DNA from: a virus
Lineage: Duplodnaviria; Caudoviricetes
Virus record (IMG/VR): IMGVR_UViG_3300037424_001871
Span: 1-44,563 of that record
Strand: one strand, 5' to 3'
DNA: 44,563 bases
A program made the translations under genes and the position numbers. Within the stretch, counting starts at the first letter, position 1. The number at the start of each line of letters is the position of its first letter. Shown piece after piece: positions 1 to 8,713 of the stretch. The notes beneath the pieces were generated by a model. It did no database searches and had not been told where the DNA came from. It saw only the letters and a list, made by a program, of their open reading frames with translations.

Positions 1-126
1 ACGACTGCAGCTCGGCATAGGTGTTGCGCACGAACGACCATCGCGTCCTGCGCAGTCCGTCCAGCGACGACGGATCCTGCTCGCACGCAATCTGCCACAG
101 CTTCAACATCATCGTGGCAGTCTTGC
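1..126. repeat. Terminal direct repeat, copy 1 (circularisation overlap)
   Basis: 1-126 is identical to 44426-44551, and the terL frame reads through the junction. Confidence 0.95.
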
Positions 127-256
127 CCGACCCGATCGGGCCGCGGATCACCGATACCTCGCTCCGGTCCTGGAAAAACAGCGACAGCGTCTTGCCGTCG
201 AGCTCGTAAATCCGCCGACCGTCCTCCGTCAGCCTGATCTCGGCGCCGTCAGCCAT
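1..256 (-). CDS. terL: Terminase large subunit, 5' part (continues at 44425 down to 43134; about 515 aa joined)
   Basis: ATG at 256 reads MADGAEIRLTEDGRRIYELDGKTLSLFFQDRSEVSVIRGPIGSGKTATMMLKLWQ, with Walker A GPIGSGKT, in frame with ORF 43134..44537. Confidence 0.9.
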   Translation of the reverse strand, partial: MADGAEIRLTEDGRRIYELDGKTLSLFFQDRSEVSVIRGPIGSGKTATMMLKLWQIACEQDPSSLDGLRRTRWSFVRNTYAELQS

Positions 257-741
257 CAGGCGACGACCTTGAGCTTGACCCGATTTCTGACGCGATGCGC
301 TGGCGGGGTAGACCGCAGGACGGTGATACGGCCGCCGGTCCCAGCATCGTGAGCGCGCGCGGCCCGGACGGCGGTTATCGCGTCGGCGCCCGAGAACATC
401 GCCCCGCGTGCTTCGGGCGCACCGCTACCGATCGCGACATAGGGCGCACAGAAGGTATACCAACCCTCATCCTCAAAGACCTGAATGCGGCCCCGCGCGC
501 GAACGATCAACCCCCGAAATCGAAGATCACCTCTCGCCGCTCCGTCTGCGGAAAATCGACCTTGCTCACCGCCGAGAAACCACGCCAGGAACGCTCGGGT
601 GACAACTGCCGCCCCTGCGCACCCTGCAAGATCGCCATGGGCATTCCGGACGATTTTTTTTGCCGTGCCGACCAGCGCATCGCCCTGGCAGGTCAGGGCA
701 TCGGCTGCCATCACGCCATCCCGATACGCGATCGTCGTCAC
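256..741 (-). CDS. HslV/proteasome-beta-like Ntn-hydrolase (Thr protease fold)
   Basis: GTG start after GGAGGG gives (M)TTIAYRDGVMAAD, with downstream KKIV and AIGSGA motifs as in the HslV family. Confidence 0.7.
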   Translation of the reverse strand: MTTIAYRDGVMAADALTCQGDALVGTAKKIVRNAHGDLAGCAGAAVVTRAFLAWFLGGEQGRFSADGAARGDLRFRGLIVRARGRIQVFEDEGWYTFCAPYVAIGSGAPEARGAMFSGADAITAVRAARAHDAGTGGRITVLRSTPPAHRVRNRVKLKVVA

Positions 742-1017
742 TCCACCCTCCGCAGTTTTCCTGACCAACCAAAAAATCCGACCCACCCCTCACCCCCAGG
801 GAATTCGCGCGTGAGGGGCAGGAGCATAGGATAGGCGCGACCGATTTTGCCCCCCGCCCCCTCTTCTCATCGGCTCGCCAGATCGAGGGGGGTGGGGGTC
901 GCGCAATCCATCGAGCCGCCGGCCGGACCACATATGCCTCTCCCGAGCCATTGTGCATCGCGAGATCGTGGCGTTGCACAGTCCGAGCGTGCAACGGAAT
1001 GGCGGAAACGTGCGGTG

Positions 1018-1536
1018 TTAGCGGTCATCGTCGGCAGCCTGCACATCTGCCGTGGCGCCCGGGCCGACCGAGATGATGGTCTCGTCGACCTTGCGATCGC
1101 CGGAGCTGACGTTCACCTGCACGACCACGCCAGGCGTGACCGAGCGGCCGCTGTCCCTGCGCGCGTCCCCGTCAACCACGCCGTCGAGGTAGCGGGCCGC
1201 CTGAATCCGGGCCGTTTGGTTGACCTTCTGGTCCCGAACCTCGATCGCGGCGTGAATGTTCTTCGCGCTCGCGCTCTCTCGAAACACCTGTTTCTGCTGG
1301 ATGAGGTATTGCCTGACGTGGGGACGGTCGAGGGCGCGCCGGGCGGATGAGAGGGGCATTCCGATGGAGCGCGCGGCGTCTTGCCAGTCGGCGCCGTCCC
1401 ATACCATTGCATCGATGAGACGCTTGGGCTTTCCGCAGACTTCCTTGCCGGCGCGGGTTGGCGGGATGCGAACCTTCGTCGTGGCCGGCGGACCGTGAGG
1501 CGGGTCGATGAGATCGGGGAGGCCGGCGTCTGACAT
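1018..1536 (-). CDS. Putative terminase small subunit / HTH DNA-packaging protein
   Basis: HTH-like segment (WQDAARSIGMPLSSARRALDRPHVRQYL) plus a helical ARIQAARYLD segment; lies upstream of terL behind a GGTGCGTTG motif. Start chosen at ATG 1536. Confidence 0.55.
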   Translation of the reverse strand: MSDAGLPDLIDPPHGPPATTKVRIPPTRAGKEVCGKPKRLIDAMVWDGADWQDAARSIGMPLSSARRALDRPHVRQYLIQQKQVFRESASAKNIHAAIEVRDQKVNQTARIQAARYLDGVVDGDARRDSGRSVTPGVVVQVNVSSGDRKVDETIISVGPGATADVQAADDDR

Positions 1537-1629
1537 GCGGGCGAGCGGCGATGGTTGGAGGTGGGTTCGCGCGGGCGCGAGACGCTTGTCTTGTCGCGTG
1601 GGATTTGACGCGATTTTCGACGCTTGGCT

Positions 1630-1638
1630 CAACGCACC
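1630..1638 (-). promoter_or_regulatory. GGTGCGTTG late-promoter motif upstream of terS
   Basis: One of seven exact copies upstream of late genes; 16 bp identical to 24109-24124. Confidence 0.6.
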
Positions 1639-1730
1639 CATTCGAAAATGGCCGAAAGCTGCGCCTGTGAGCGCTGATTCGGGCGCGCGGTGCGTTTGAC
1701 AGACCGAGGGGGCGTGCAACACTGTGTTGC

Positions 1731-2021
1731 ATGGATCGGCAGGTCAGGGATTGCGCACTGAGGGCATTGGCGTCAGGCGCGGTGACATTCGACGAGGCGG
1801 TCAAGCTGGCGGGTGTGGCGCGGTCGACGGTGTTCCGCTGGTGCAGGGCGGCCGGGGTCGACTGGCGAGAGGCGCGGTCGCGGCGCGCCTGGCGCGAGTG
1901 GGAGAAGGCGGCGGGCGGGCGACGGCGGCGGCGGAAGCCGACGAAGGCCGAGCAGCATCGACAGGCCGACGCGGCCAAGGTCGCATGGGATTTGAGCCAT
2001 GAGCAAGATGGGCTGGCGTGA
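1731..2021 (+). CDS. HTH DNA-binding protein
   Basis: TFDEAVKLAGVARSTVFRWC is a classic HTH; TTGACA upstream at 1696. Confidence 0.65.
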   Translation: MDRQVRDCALRALASGAVTFDEAVKLAGVARSTVFRWCRAAGVDWREARSRRAWREWEKAAGGRRRRRKPTKAEQHRQADAAKVAWDLSHEQDGLA

Positions 2022-2250
2022 TTGGAACCGCGAGCAGGGCCGGCATGCGGTTGACGACTACCTGGGCGGCCGTCCGATTCGCGTGTTCGATCGCTACGGC
2101 CGGCAGATCGGCGAGCGCGTTGAGGTCAACTGCCCTGAGTGCCGACATTGGGCGTCGGTCGTCGTGCCGGCCGGTCGCAAGGCCGTCCGCTTCCGTTGCA
2201 CGAAATGCGGCGCTCTTGGCGAAGCCGCCCACCTTGAGACGGACGACTAG
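1999..2250 (+). CDS. Zn-ribbon protein
   Basis: CPEC...CTKC pair; overlaps the end of the previous gene. Confidence 0.6.
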   Translation: MSKMGWRDWNREQGRHAVDDYLGGRPIRVFDRYGRQIGERVEVNCPECRHWASVVVPAGRKAVRFRCTKCGALGEAAHLETDD

Positions 2251-2465
2251 GCGCGCGGTGCGATGCCTTGCCGGTGATAGAGCCACTTGGCAGGACTGCC
2301 CTCGCGGATCACGCGGCCTTGCGCGGCAAGCTCAACAAGCGCGTTCCTGACCCGTGATGGGTGACCACATGCCAAGGATGCGCCAAACCGCGCGATGTCC
2401 GACAGCGACGTCCGTCGGTGTGACAGCCTCGACGGCGGCGAGCGTGCTGTCGCTATAGCCCTTTT

Positions 2466-2831
2466 TCACTTGCGCACCCCCTCTTCGGCCGGCACGACCA
2501 TGATCTTGAGGCCGAGCACCTGCAGCACCAAGTGCAGGCTCAGCGGTCCAAAACGCTTGGCGCCGCACTCGAGCTTGCCCTGATAGCCGTCGGGTAGGCC
2601 GGTGCGCGCGTCCATGGCGAGCTGGCGCAGCCCGAGCGCCTGGCGCCGGCGCTTGATGGCCGCGATCAGACCATCATAATCGTCGAACAAATCGACGCCG
2701 GTCGCGTGACGTTTTACGTGACGCTGCAGGGTCTTTTGTTTCCGTCGCCACCGGCGGTTTCGCGCGGCTGTCTTGGCTCGGCGCCTAGCAATCTTCACCT
2801 CATCCATATCGCCAGTCTGCGGCATGGCCAT
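2466..2831 (-). CDS. XRE-type HTH protein (candidate late regulator)
   Basis: IKRRRQALGLRQLAMDARTGLPDGYQGKLECG is XRE-like; GGAGG SD before the start. Confidence 0.6.
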   Translation of the reverse strand: MAMPQTGDMDEVKIARRRAKTAARNRRWRRKQKTLQRHVKRHATGVDLFDDYDGLIAAIKRRRQALGLRQLAMDARTGLPDGYQGKLECGAKRFGPLSLHLVLQVLGLKIMVVPAEEGVRK

Positions 2832-2907
2832 CACGCCTCCCATGTCGCGATCAGGATCAGCACCAGCGGCGCCAGGTAGACCATTAGCGCGAGAGCCTGA
2901 AAAGCGG

Positions 2908-3108
2908 TCACGACTGCGCATCCTCGTTCGCCTCAGCGATGACAGCGTCGATGGCCAGCCGCGCGCGAAGCTGTTCCTGCAGGGAGCGCAGCCGCTTCCA
3001 GTAGTTGTCGGGCATGGTGCCGTGATGCTCGGTCGCGTCGGCTATGAGCGCGTCGATGCGCACGGCCTCGGCGCCGATCTCGCGCAGCAGCTCGGCCGCG
3101 GTCGCCAT
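2908..3108 (-). CDS. Hypothetical protein
   Basis: Coupled to the upstream stop (TGATG); coiled-coil-like. Confidence 0.55.
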   Translation of the reverse strand: MATAAELLREIGAEAVRIDALIADATEHHGTMPDNYWKRLRSLQEQLRARLAIDAVIAEANEDAQS

Positions 3109-3821
3109 CAGCCGCTGCCCGCCTTGCGGAAGCTGCCGGTGCGCTCCGGCGCGTCGGGGATCGTGTCAAGGATGTTTGAGGGCAGTCCCAGGGCCACGGC
3201 CTTGGCCTCGAGGCCAGCCACTGCGGCCCGATGCTGCGTCGCCGCCGTCTTGGCGCCCAGGTCAGCCTTGAACTGGTCGACCATAGCCGCAACGCGCTGC
3301 TTGCTTTCCTCGCTCGGCATGTCTTCCGGTGGCGCCGCGAGGTCGATCAACTCGAGGTCGATGAGATCCTGTTTGACCGGCTTGACGACTTCGCGCACGA
3401 GATCGGAAAACTCGATGGGACCGGGACCCCACGGCCGCCCAAAGGGCGTGGAGCCGGCAACGATGCGCCGCCTAGCCTCCGCCACTGCCCATGCCGGCAA
3501 ACCATCCAGCGCCTCAAAGTATGTTTCGGCGCGCAAATCAGCGGAAACCTGGTCCTGCCCCTGCTGCGGGAAGGCCGTCACCAGCCGCGCCAGCTCGACA
3601 GCCTTCGCCTTGTCGTCAGTTGCGCCGCAGGACAGGCGGGATTTCAAGATCGAGATATGGCCCTTGATCGTGCGGCGCTCGCTCTCGCTGAGCTTCCGGT
3701 TGCCCATCAGAATCGGCTTGCCGCCCGCTGATCCCAGCGCGCTTCTCAACCGCGCGAGCGATGGATCGGAGAACGGTTTGACTGGCTGGTTCAGGTCGAC
3801 CTGAGCGATCTGGTGCAGCAC
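3108..3821 (-). CDS. Replication-associated protein (helicase-loader / P-like position)
   Basis: Follows the DUF1376 initiator; AETYFEALDGLPAWAVAEARRR motif is typical at this position in alphaproteobacterial phages. Start uncertain. Confidence 0.5.
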   Translation of the reverse strand: MLHQIAQVDLNQPVKPFSDPSLARLRSALGSAGGKPILMGNRKLSESERRTIKGHISILKSRLSCGATDDKAKAVELARLVTAFPQQGQDQVSADLRAETYFEALDGLPAWAVAEARRRIVAGSTPFGRPWGPGPIEFSDLVREVVKPVKQDLIDLELIDLAAPPEDMPSEESKQRVAAMVDQFKADLGAKTAATQHRAAVAGLEAKAVALGLPSNILDTIPDAPERTGSFRKAGSG

Positions 3822-4518
3822 GGCCCATGTCCTTCGGTTTCAAACTGGCTTCGATGTACGCGATCGGGTCGGCCTGCCGGTCGATGCGGCAGTCGTCGAT
3901 CAGGCGATTGAGCTTGCGGCAGTCGTCATCGGCGCGCTTCAACCAGCGACCGAGCAGCGGACGAAGCTGCCCTTGGGTTCGGCCGGTCAGCGTGACAAGC
4001 GTTTGCAGACCATCCCGGAACAGCTTGGTCCGCTCGTCGGGAGGATCACCCGAAGGCGCGTCAGCGCCCGAAGCTTTAGCTTCGGAACCTTCCTTACTTG
4101 GTGAAGGTGAAGGTAGCCCGCGCGCCCGCGGTAACTGCGATTGCTCTGCGTTTCGCAGGTCATTCGTATGCGATTGCTCTGCGATTGGCAGATGCTTCGC
4201 ATAGCGAGCGGATGCGGCTGTCTTGCCGGCGGCACTGCGCTTGCTGATCGTCTCGCTTGCCTTTGCCAGCTCGAAATCGATGCGCTTGTGATGCCAATCG
4301 GATTCGAACAATGCGGCAAGCGTCGGCTCGATCTTGTTCCAATCCGAGGGCTTCATACGGGCGATTCTGGCGAGCTTGTCCGGGGTGTTTGGAAGCCCGT
4401 TGTTCTGCCAGTAGTGCATGATCAGCAGCAGGTAGGCGCCGTGCTCGATGGTGCTCAGGTGTCCGGTGTCGGCGAGATAGTCGGCGACGTAGAGTGGCAT
4501 CCACGCTGGCGCAGTCAT
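3616..4518 (-). CDS. YdaU/DUF1376-family replication initiator
   Basis: N-terminus PAWMPLYVADYLADTGHLSTIEHGAYLLLIMHYW is the DUF1376 signature; GGAGG SD before ATG 4518. Confidence 0.85.
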   Translation of the reverse strand: MTAPAWMPLYVADYLADTGHLSTIEHGAYLLLIMHYWQNNGLPNTPDKLARIARMKPSDWNKIEPTLAALFESDWHHKRIDFELAKASETISKRSAAGKTAASARYAKHLPIAEQSHTNDLRNAEQSQLPRARGLPSPSPSKEGSEAKASGADAPSGDPPDERTKLFRDGLQTLVTLTGRTQGQLRPLLGRWLKRADDDCRKLNRLIDDCRIDRQADPIAYIEASLKPKDMGRAAPDRSGRPEPASQTVLRSIARAVEKRAGISGRQADSDGQPEAQRERAPHDQGPYLDLEIPPVLRRN

Positions 4519-4687
4519 CACAGCCTCCAGTGGCGCCCGGCCTTGGCGGCCCGAACGCGACGACGGGGTCGAATGAACGACGCCGGGGCCACTGAAGATG
4601 TGAATCTCTTGCGTCGCGCAACCGTCCGCCAAGGACGGCCTACACCGGCAGGATGATCGGGTTGCGCTGGTCCGCAACGCACTGCCC

Positions 4688-4966
4688 TCATGGCCGCGCA
4701 TCCCGCTGCAGGCGGATCGACTTGCCGTTGTGCCGGATGGCCTTCATCCGCGCGCCGTTGGGTGTGGCGCCCGGCACGATCGTCTTGACCGCGCCGGTCG
4801 GTGCCAGGCAGTAGGTGAAGCCGGCGCTCGAGACACTGGTCGCGCCGCATTTGACCGCGGGCCCGACGATGGCGACGATCTCGGCGCGCAGAACATCGAG
4901 GTCGACGCCCTTCACGCGCTCGATATATCGAAGCAAGCAATGGTCGGTGACAATGGCGGCCTTCAT
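4688..4966 (-). CDS. Hypothetical protein
   Basis: VTDHCLLRYIERVKGVD motif; ATGA coupling with the upstream gene. Confidence 0.65.
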   Translation of the reverse strand: MKAAIVTDHCLLRYIERVKGVDLDVLRAEIVAIVGPAVKCGATSVSSAGFTYCLAPTGAVKTIVPGATPNGARMKAIRHNGKSIRLQRDARP

Positions 4967-5244
4967 TGCCCACGCTCCCGGTCGAGGGCCGAGCGGCCGG
5001 GCAATGGGTCGCCCAGGATGTGCCCTGAGACGCTTCGGGTGTCTTCGGGCACTTCCGCCAGCCGCGCATCGACGTCGGCGTCAGCGGGCACGCTGCGGGC
5101 CGCCCAGCGGCTAATCATGGAAGGGTGCTTGAGCGCGGCCACGGCGCGCGCGTGATTGATTTTGCGCCGCTCCTCGATGGTCATCTTGCCGGCAAGCCGG
5201 GCGGCGATGCGGTCGCGGATGCCGTCGGGGTCGATGTGCTTCAC
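4963..5244 (-). CDS. Hypothetical protein
   Basis: GTG start overlapping the ruvC stop; reads MKHIDPDG...LGDPLPGRSALD. Confidence 0.55.
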   Translation of the reverse strand: MKHIDPDGIRDRIAARLAGKMTIEERRKINHARAVAALKHPSMISRWAARSVPADADVDARLAEVPEDTRSVSGHILGDPLPGRSALDRERGQ

Positions 5245-5708
5245 TACGCCCCCCACAGCGCGTGGGCGTACATGCCGATCAGGATCGCCTCGGCGCGGCC
5301 GTGATCCATCTTGCGGCGAAGCAAGCCGGCAAGATCCGGGCAGAGGTCGAGAGCCTTCTGGCGGCTCGCCTCCTTGTCCTTGCCGATGAGCTTGAAATGG
5401 CGCTTCCATGCCGACGGCTCGACGAGCTCGACGGCGATCCCAAGCACCGCGGGCACCGCCAGCGCGGCGCCGTAGGCCATGCCGAATCGGAACATCGAGG
5501 CGACGCCCTGCTTGGGCATCGCGCCGACGCGCTCGACGACGGCGAGTTCGGGCACGGCGTTGTGGACGTAGCCGCGCAGCACGGAAGCAGCGACGCGCCG
5601 GCCGGCTCCCTCGCCGCTCACCGGCATGTCGCCGCAGCTTTCGGCGCGGCCGTCGACGATGACCGCCCAGGCGCCCGACAGGCCGGGGTCGATGGAGATG
5701 ATCCGCAT
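5244..5708 (-). CDS. ruvC: RuvC-like Holliday junction resolvase
   Basis: IISIDPGLSGA, VVERVGAMPKQGVASMFRFG and DHGRAEA motifs. Confidence 0.85.
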   Translation of the reverse strand: MRIISIDPGLSGAWAVIVDGRAESCGDMPVSGEGAGRRVAASVLRGYVHNAVPELAVVERVGAMPKQGVASMFRFGMAYGAALAVPAVLGIAVELVEPSAWKRHFKLIGKDKEASRQKALDLCPDLAGLLRRKMDHGRAEAILIGMYAHALWGA

Positions 5709-5710
5709 GG

Positions 5711-6196
5711 TTAGGGCGCCCCACCGAGCGCCAGCGACGTGCGCGTGCCGTTCTTCTCAAAGGCGACGACGACGCCCTTCGCCTTCTCTTCCTCGGTCGG
5801 TTCGACGGGCTTCCCGAACGCCTTGGTGGCAATCACGAGCGGCGACTTGCTCCGCGCTTTCTTCGCCTTCTTGCGCTCTTCGGCGCGGGTCAGAGCCGCC
5901 GCCGTCGCGGCTTCGCCGAGCGGCAGGTCGGAGAGCATGCCGAGCGCGTGCATGTAGAGATCGCGAACCGCTTCCTGCTCTTCGCGCTTGGCGCGGTCGA
6001 CGGAGCGCAGCTTGACGACTTCGCGAATGCGGGCGGTGTCGAAGCCGCTGGACTTCGCCTCGGCGTAGATTTCGGCGATGTCGTCGGAAATCTGTTGCCT
6101 GTCGGCGGTCAGCGTTTCGACGCGGCCGACAATCGACTTCAACTGTTCCTTGGCATTCGCGCCAAGGGCAACGGTGCTTGTCCCGTCTGCTGCCAT
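5711..6196 (-). CDS. GapR/DUF2312-family DNA-binding protein with C-terminal extension
   Basis: AKEQLKSIVGRVETL...IAEIYAEAKSSGFD...EEQEAVRDLYMHALGM; SD GAGGAG. Confidence 0.85.
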   Translation of the reverse strand: MAADGTSTVALGANAKEQLKSIVGRVETLTADRQQISDDIAEIYAEAKSSGFDTARIREVVKLRSVDRAKREEQEAVRDLYMHALGMLSDLPLGEAATAAALTRAEERKKAKKARSKSPLVIATKAFGKPVEPTEEEKAKGVVVAFEKNGTRTSLALGGAP

Positions 6197-6207
6197 GTCC
6201 GTTCTCC

Positions 6208-6351
6208 TCAGTGGCGATTGCGGCGCCTGGCCGCGTTGATCTCGCGGTCGGCCTTGCCCAGGCCGGCGAGCATGCAGTTCAGCGAAAGCAGGAATCGGCT
6301 TGTGCGCCGAAGGCCCGCGCTCTTGGCGCAGGCGGCAAGTGCTAGGAGCAC
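6208..6351 (-). CDS. Small hypothetical protein (47 aa)
   Basis: GTG start after GGGAGA; stop abuts the SD of the GapR gene. Confidence 0.35.
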   Translation of the reverse strand: MLLALAACAKSAGLRRTSRFLLSLNCMLAGLGKADREINAARRRNRH

Positions 6352-6430
6352 TGCGTTCTCCCCGTTGTCCCCGTCCGTCGATGTGCCGCATCTCGGGTAG
6401 GGGAGCGCCGGCTATCGGCCGGCGTCGTAC

Positions 6431-6808
6431 TCAGTCGTCCAGTTCGTCGAGCTGACGACGCAGTTCCGCGCGCTTCGCAGCGCGCTCAAATTCCTGGTGC
6501 CATGCCGTCTGCCGCGACGGCGGAAGGTCGGCAATGATCGCCTGCAGGAAGGCCGGCCCGGCGTCCGATTGCAGCAGCCGCACCAGCGCGTTGCCGTTCA
6601 TCGAGCGGTCGCCGGCCAGATAATTTTCCGCCGTGCGCACCGAGACGCCGGCGCGGTCCGCAAGTTCGACGGCCACCTTGTTGCGCCACAACTCGCGGGC
6701 TTTCGCGGCGATGAAGGCAATCGGCCGAACGATCGACGTGTTTCGGCCCGCCGTTCTTTCGCCGACCAGATTTGCGGCAGTGCCGGCAACCGTGTCTGTT
6801 GAACTCAT
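6431..6808 (-). CDS. CII-like HTH regulator
   Basis: VELADRAGVSVRTAENYLAG HTH, downstream of cro. Confidence 0.65.
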   Translation of the reverse strand: MSSTDTVAGTAANLVGERTAGRNTSIVRPIAFIAAKARELWRNKVAVELADRAGVSVRTAENYLAGDRSMNGNALVRLLQSDAGPAFLQAIIADLPPSRQTAWHQEFERAAKRAELRRQLDELDD

Positions 6809-7148
6809 GACCGAACTCCATCGAACTGACGGCAAGGGAGGACGCGCAGCGCTGGCCGTGCCCGCGCCCTCCCTGCCCCACGGGCGCTCTGGCCCGCCGC
6901 ATGAAGGCCCCGACGGGCCAGGTCGCCGCATGTCGCAGCGGCGCGCAGATGCAAACAATTCGATATGTCAATTCCCACAGGCCGGTGCCCGGGGGACAAC
7001 CACCGACGATTGTGGAAAACTGGTAATTTTGACAGGGATCGGCAGACGCGGCGCGCCGCCGGCTTATCATCCATCGTGGGGACGGGCGGGCGATAGCTGC
7101 GGAGGAAATCATGCGGCGAACGCATCTGCGCGTCGTGGGTGGCCGCGA

Positions 7149-7391
7149 TCATGCCGCGCTCGCTTCGGCCGACGACCCGGCTGTCCGCACGGGCATCCTG
7201 GATGCGATCTCATCGACCGAAACGGCGCCGCCAGTTTCCCGGCTCATTCGCAAGGCGAGGTCGAGAGAGGGGCGTTTCTTGCCGGCCAGAAGATCGGACA
7301 GGTGCGATTCGGAGCACTCGACCGATCGCGCGAACTGCGCCTGCGATGAATTGGCGTCAATCCACGCCTTCAGAGGATGCGGTGCGATCAT
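7149..7391 (-). CDS. cro: Cro-like repressor
   Basis: SQAQFARSVECSESHLSDLLAGKKRPSLDLA XRE HTH, divergent from cI. Confidence 0.8.
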   Translation of the reverse strand: MIAPHPLKAWIDANSSQAQFARSVECSESHLSDLLAGKKRPSLDLALRMSRETGGAVSVDEIASRMPVRTAGSSAEASAA

Positions 7392-7398
7392 GCCCGCG

Positions 7399-7451
7399 AA
7401 CTTAGCTACAGGCGAAGCTGTTCGTCAACATCTTTCTTCGCTAGAGGCGAA
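7399..7451 (-). promoter_or_regulatory. PR-like promoter (TTGACG-18-TAAGTT) with operators O1 7402-7416 and O2 7437-7451
   Basis: TTAGCT-ACA-GGCGAA and TTCGCT-AGA-GGCGAA, 35 bp apart, straddling the -35 hexamer. Confidence 0.75.
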
Positions 7452-7485
7452 TGCCGGTTCCCCGTCGCCCGGTCAAGTATGGGGA

Positions 7486-7797
7486 ATGCCGAAACCCCTA
7501 CGACTTGACCGGCACCGCCGGCCCCCGGAGCTCCATATCGGACAATGGCTGACCAGGCTCGGCGTGAAGCCGGTCGAGCTGGCGCGAGAGGTCGAGATTA
7601 CCGAATCATACGTCTCGGAATTGATCTCGAACCGGAAAAAGAACCCATCTTTCAACGTTTTAAGCGATATTGCCGATTATCTTGGCGTCCCGCTGGACGC
7701 CTTGCGCCGGCCGCCGCCGTCGGTCGAAGCGATAGATGCCGTCGGCGGGCTTCCCCCGGCCACGATTGAACGGATGAAGGCTCGAAATCGACGCTGA
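7486..7797 (+). CDS. cI: CI-like immunity repressor (XRE HTH, no S24 peptidase domain)
   Basis: PVELAREVEITESYVSELISNRKKNPSFNVLSDIADYLGV; flanked by operator pairs. Confidence 0.8.
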   Translation: MPKPLRLDRHRRPPELHIGQWLTRLGVKPVELAREVEITESYVSELISNRKKNPSFNVLSDIADYLGVPLDALRRPPPSVEAIDAVGGLPPATIERMKARNRR

Positions 7798-7841
7798 AAC
7801 GATGGCGTTTCGCCGATTCCGCACGACACCCTGACAAAATA

Positions 7842-7894
7842 TTCGCTGGTAGCGAAGAAAACTATTGACTTGTCACTTCGCTGACAGCTAACCT
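7842..7894 (+). promoter_or_regulatory. PL-like promoter (TTGACT-18-TAACCT) with operators O3 7842-7856 and O4 7877-7891
   Basis: Perfect palindrome TTCGCT-GGT-AGCGAA and TTCGCT-GAC-AGCTAA, 35 bp apart. Confidence 0.8.
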
Positions 7895-7919
7895 CCCTCC
7901 CACGCTTCAGGAGGGACCG

Positions 7920-8156
7920 ATGCACTTTCCATCCGATCAACTGGCCCTGCCGGTCATCGAGCGACGGGCCGAGATACCGGCCGGGGCGGTGTTCGCTCAC
8001 GCCGGCCGCTCGCTCATCGTCCGCCGCGTTTGCGGCACCGACGCTGCCGCTCCCGTCATTGCCGAGGAGCTTTCCGCGGTCGGCAAGGCGCTCGCCGGAC
8101 AACTGGCGCTGTGGTCGGCCAACAGCGTGTTGCGCTGCATGGCGGTGCGCACATGA
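7920..8156 (+). CDS. Hypothetical protein (first early gene)
   Basis: Strong SD AGGAGG; directly after PL. Confidence 0.6.
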   Translation: MHFPSDQLALPVIERRAEIPAGAVFAHAGRSLIVRRVCGTDAAAPVIAEELSAVGKALAGQLALWSANSVLRCMAVRT

Positions 8157-8479
8157 CCGCCATCGACATCACCCTGCGCGATCTCGGCGCCACCTTCGTC
8201 CGCTGGCAGCGTGCGTGCGACGACCAAGCCGCGCGCACCATTCCCGTCGTCGTGAAGGCCGGCGCCCGCATCATGGTCGCCGAGCCCTGGCGTCTTGGCC
8301 GGCTGCTCCACGATCACGACACGCGCCCGCTTGAGGTGCTGCTGCACGAGTGCCGCGTCAGAATCGCCGGCGAGGTCACGCGCGGCCGCGAAGGCCACTG
8401 GACGTTCGACCTCAACCGGCTGCTGGCGCTGCGCGAAGCCGAACTGGCGCTGCGCTTCATGCGGAGGTTCGGCGAATGA
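8153..8479 (+). CDS. Hypothetical protein
   Basis: ATGA coupling; GHWTFDLNRLLALREAE motif. Confidence 0.6.
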   Translation: MTAIDITLRDLGATFVRWQRACDDQAARTIPVVVKAGARIMVAEPWRLGRLLHDHDTRPLEVLLHECRVRIAGEVTRGREGHWTFDLNRLLALREAELALRFMRRFGE

Positions 8480-8631
8480 CCTACGAGGACTTCCGATTAT
8501 TCGCTCTGGCGATCTTTGGCATTGTCGCCTCCGTTGAAAGCGGCCGGCGTTACGGATGGGGAACGGCAGTTCTCCTCCTGGGCATCTATCTCAATGGCGT
8601 GTGGCTCGTTCACGAGACGGTGCCGCAATGA
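8476..8631 (+). CDS. Small membrane protein
   Basis: GGAGG SD, ATGA coupling, two hydrophobic segments. Confidence 0.5.
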   Translation: MTYEDFRLFALAIFGIVASVESGRRYGWGTAVLLLGIYLNGVWLVHETVPQ

Positions 8632-8713
8632 CCGTCCTCGCCCAACTCCGCCATGGCGCGCTGTGCGGCCTGCTCTTCGCCGCCATCGTCGTCACCATCC
8701 TTGAGGTTCTTCC

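Noticed and set aside
1-126. Biological terminal repeat of the virion DNA
   Set aside because: It falls mid-terL and has a length typical of assembler overlap.
760-1010. pac/cos site in the G/C-run-rich gap between terS and the protease gene
   Set aside because: The position is plausible, but no diagnostic sequence supports a call without read data.
7009-7019. DnaA-box-like TTTTCCACA downstream of cro
   Set aside because: A single mismatched copy, expected by chance.
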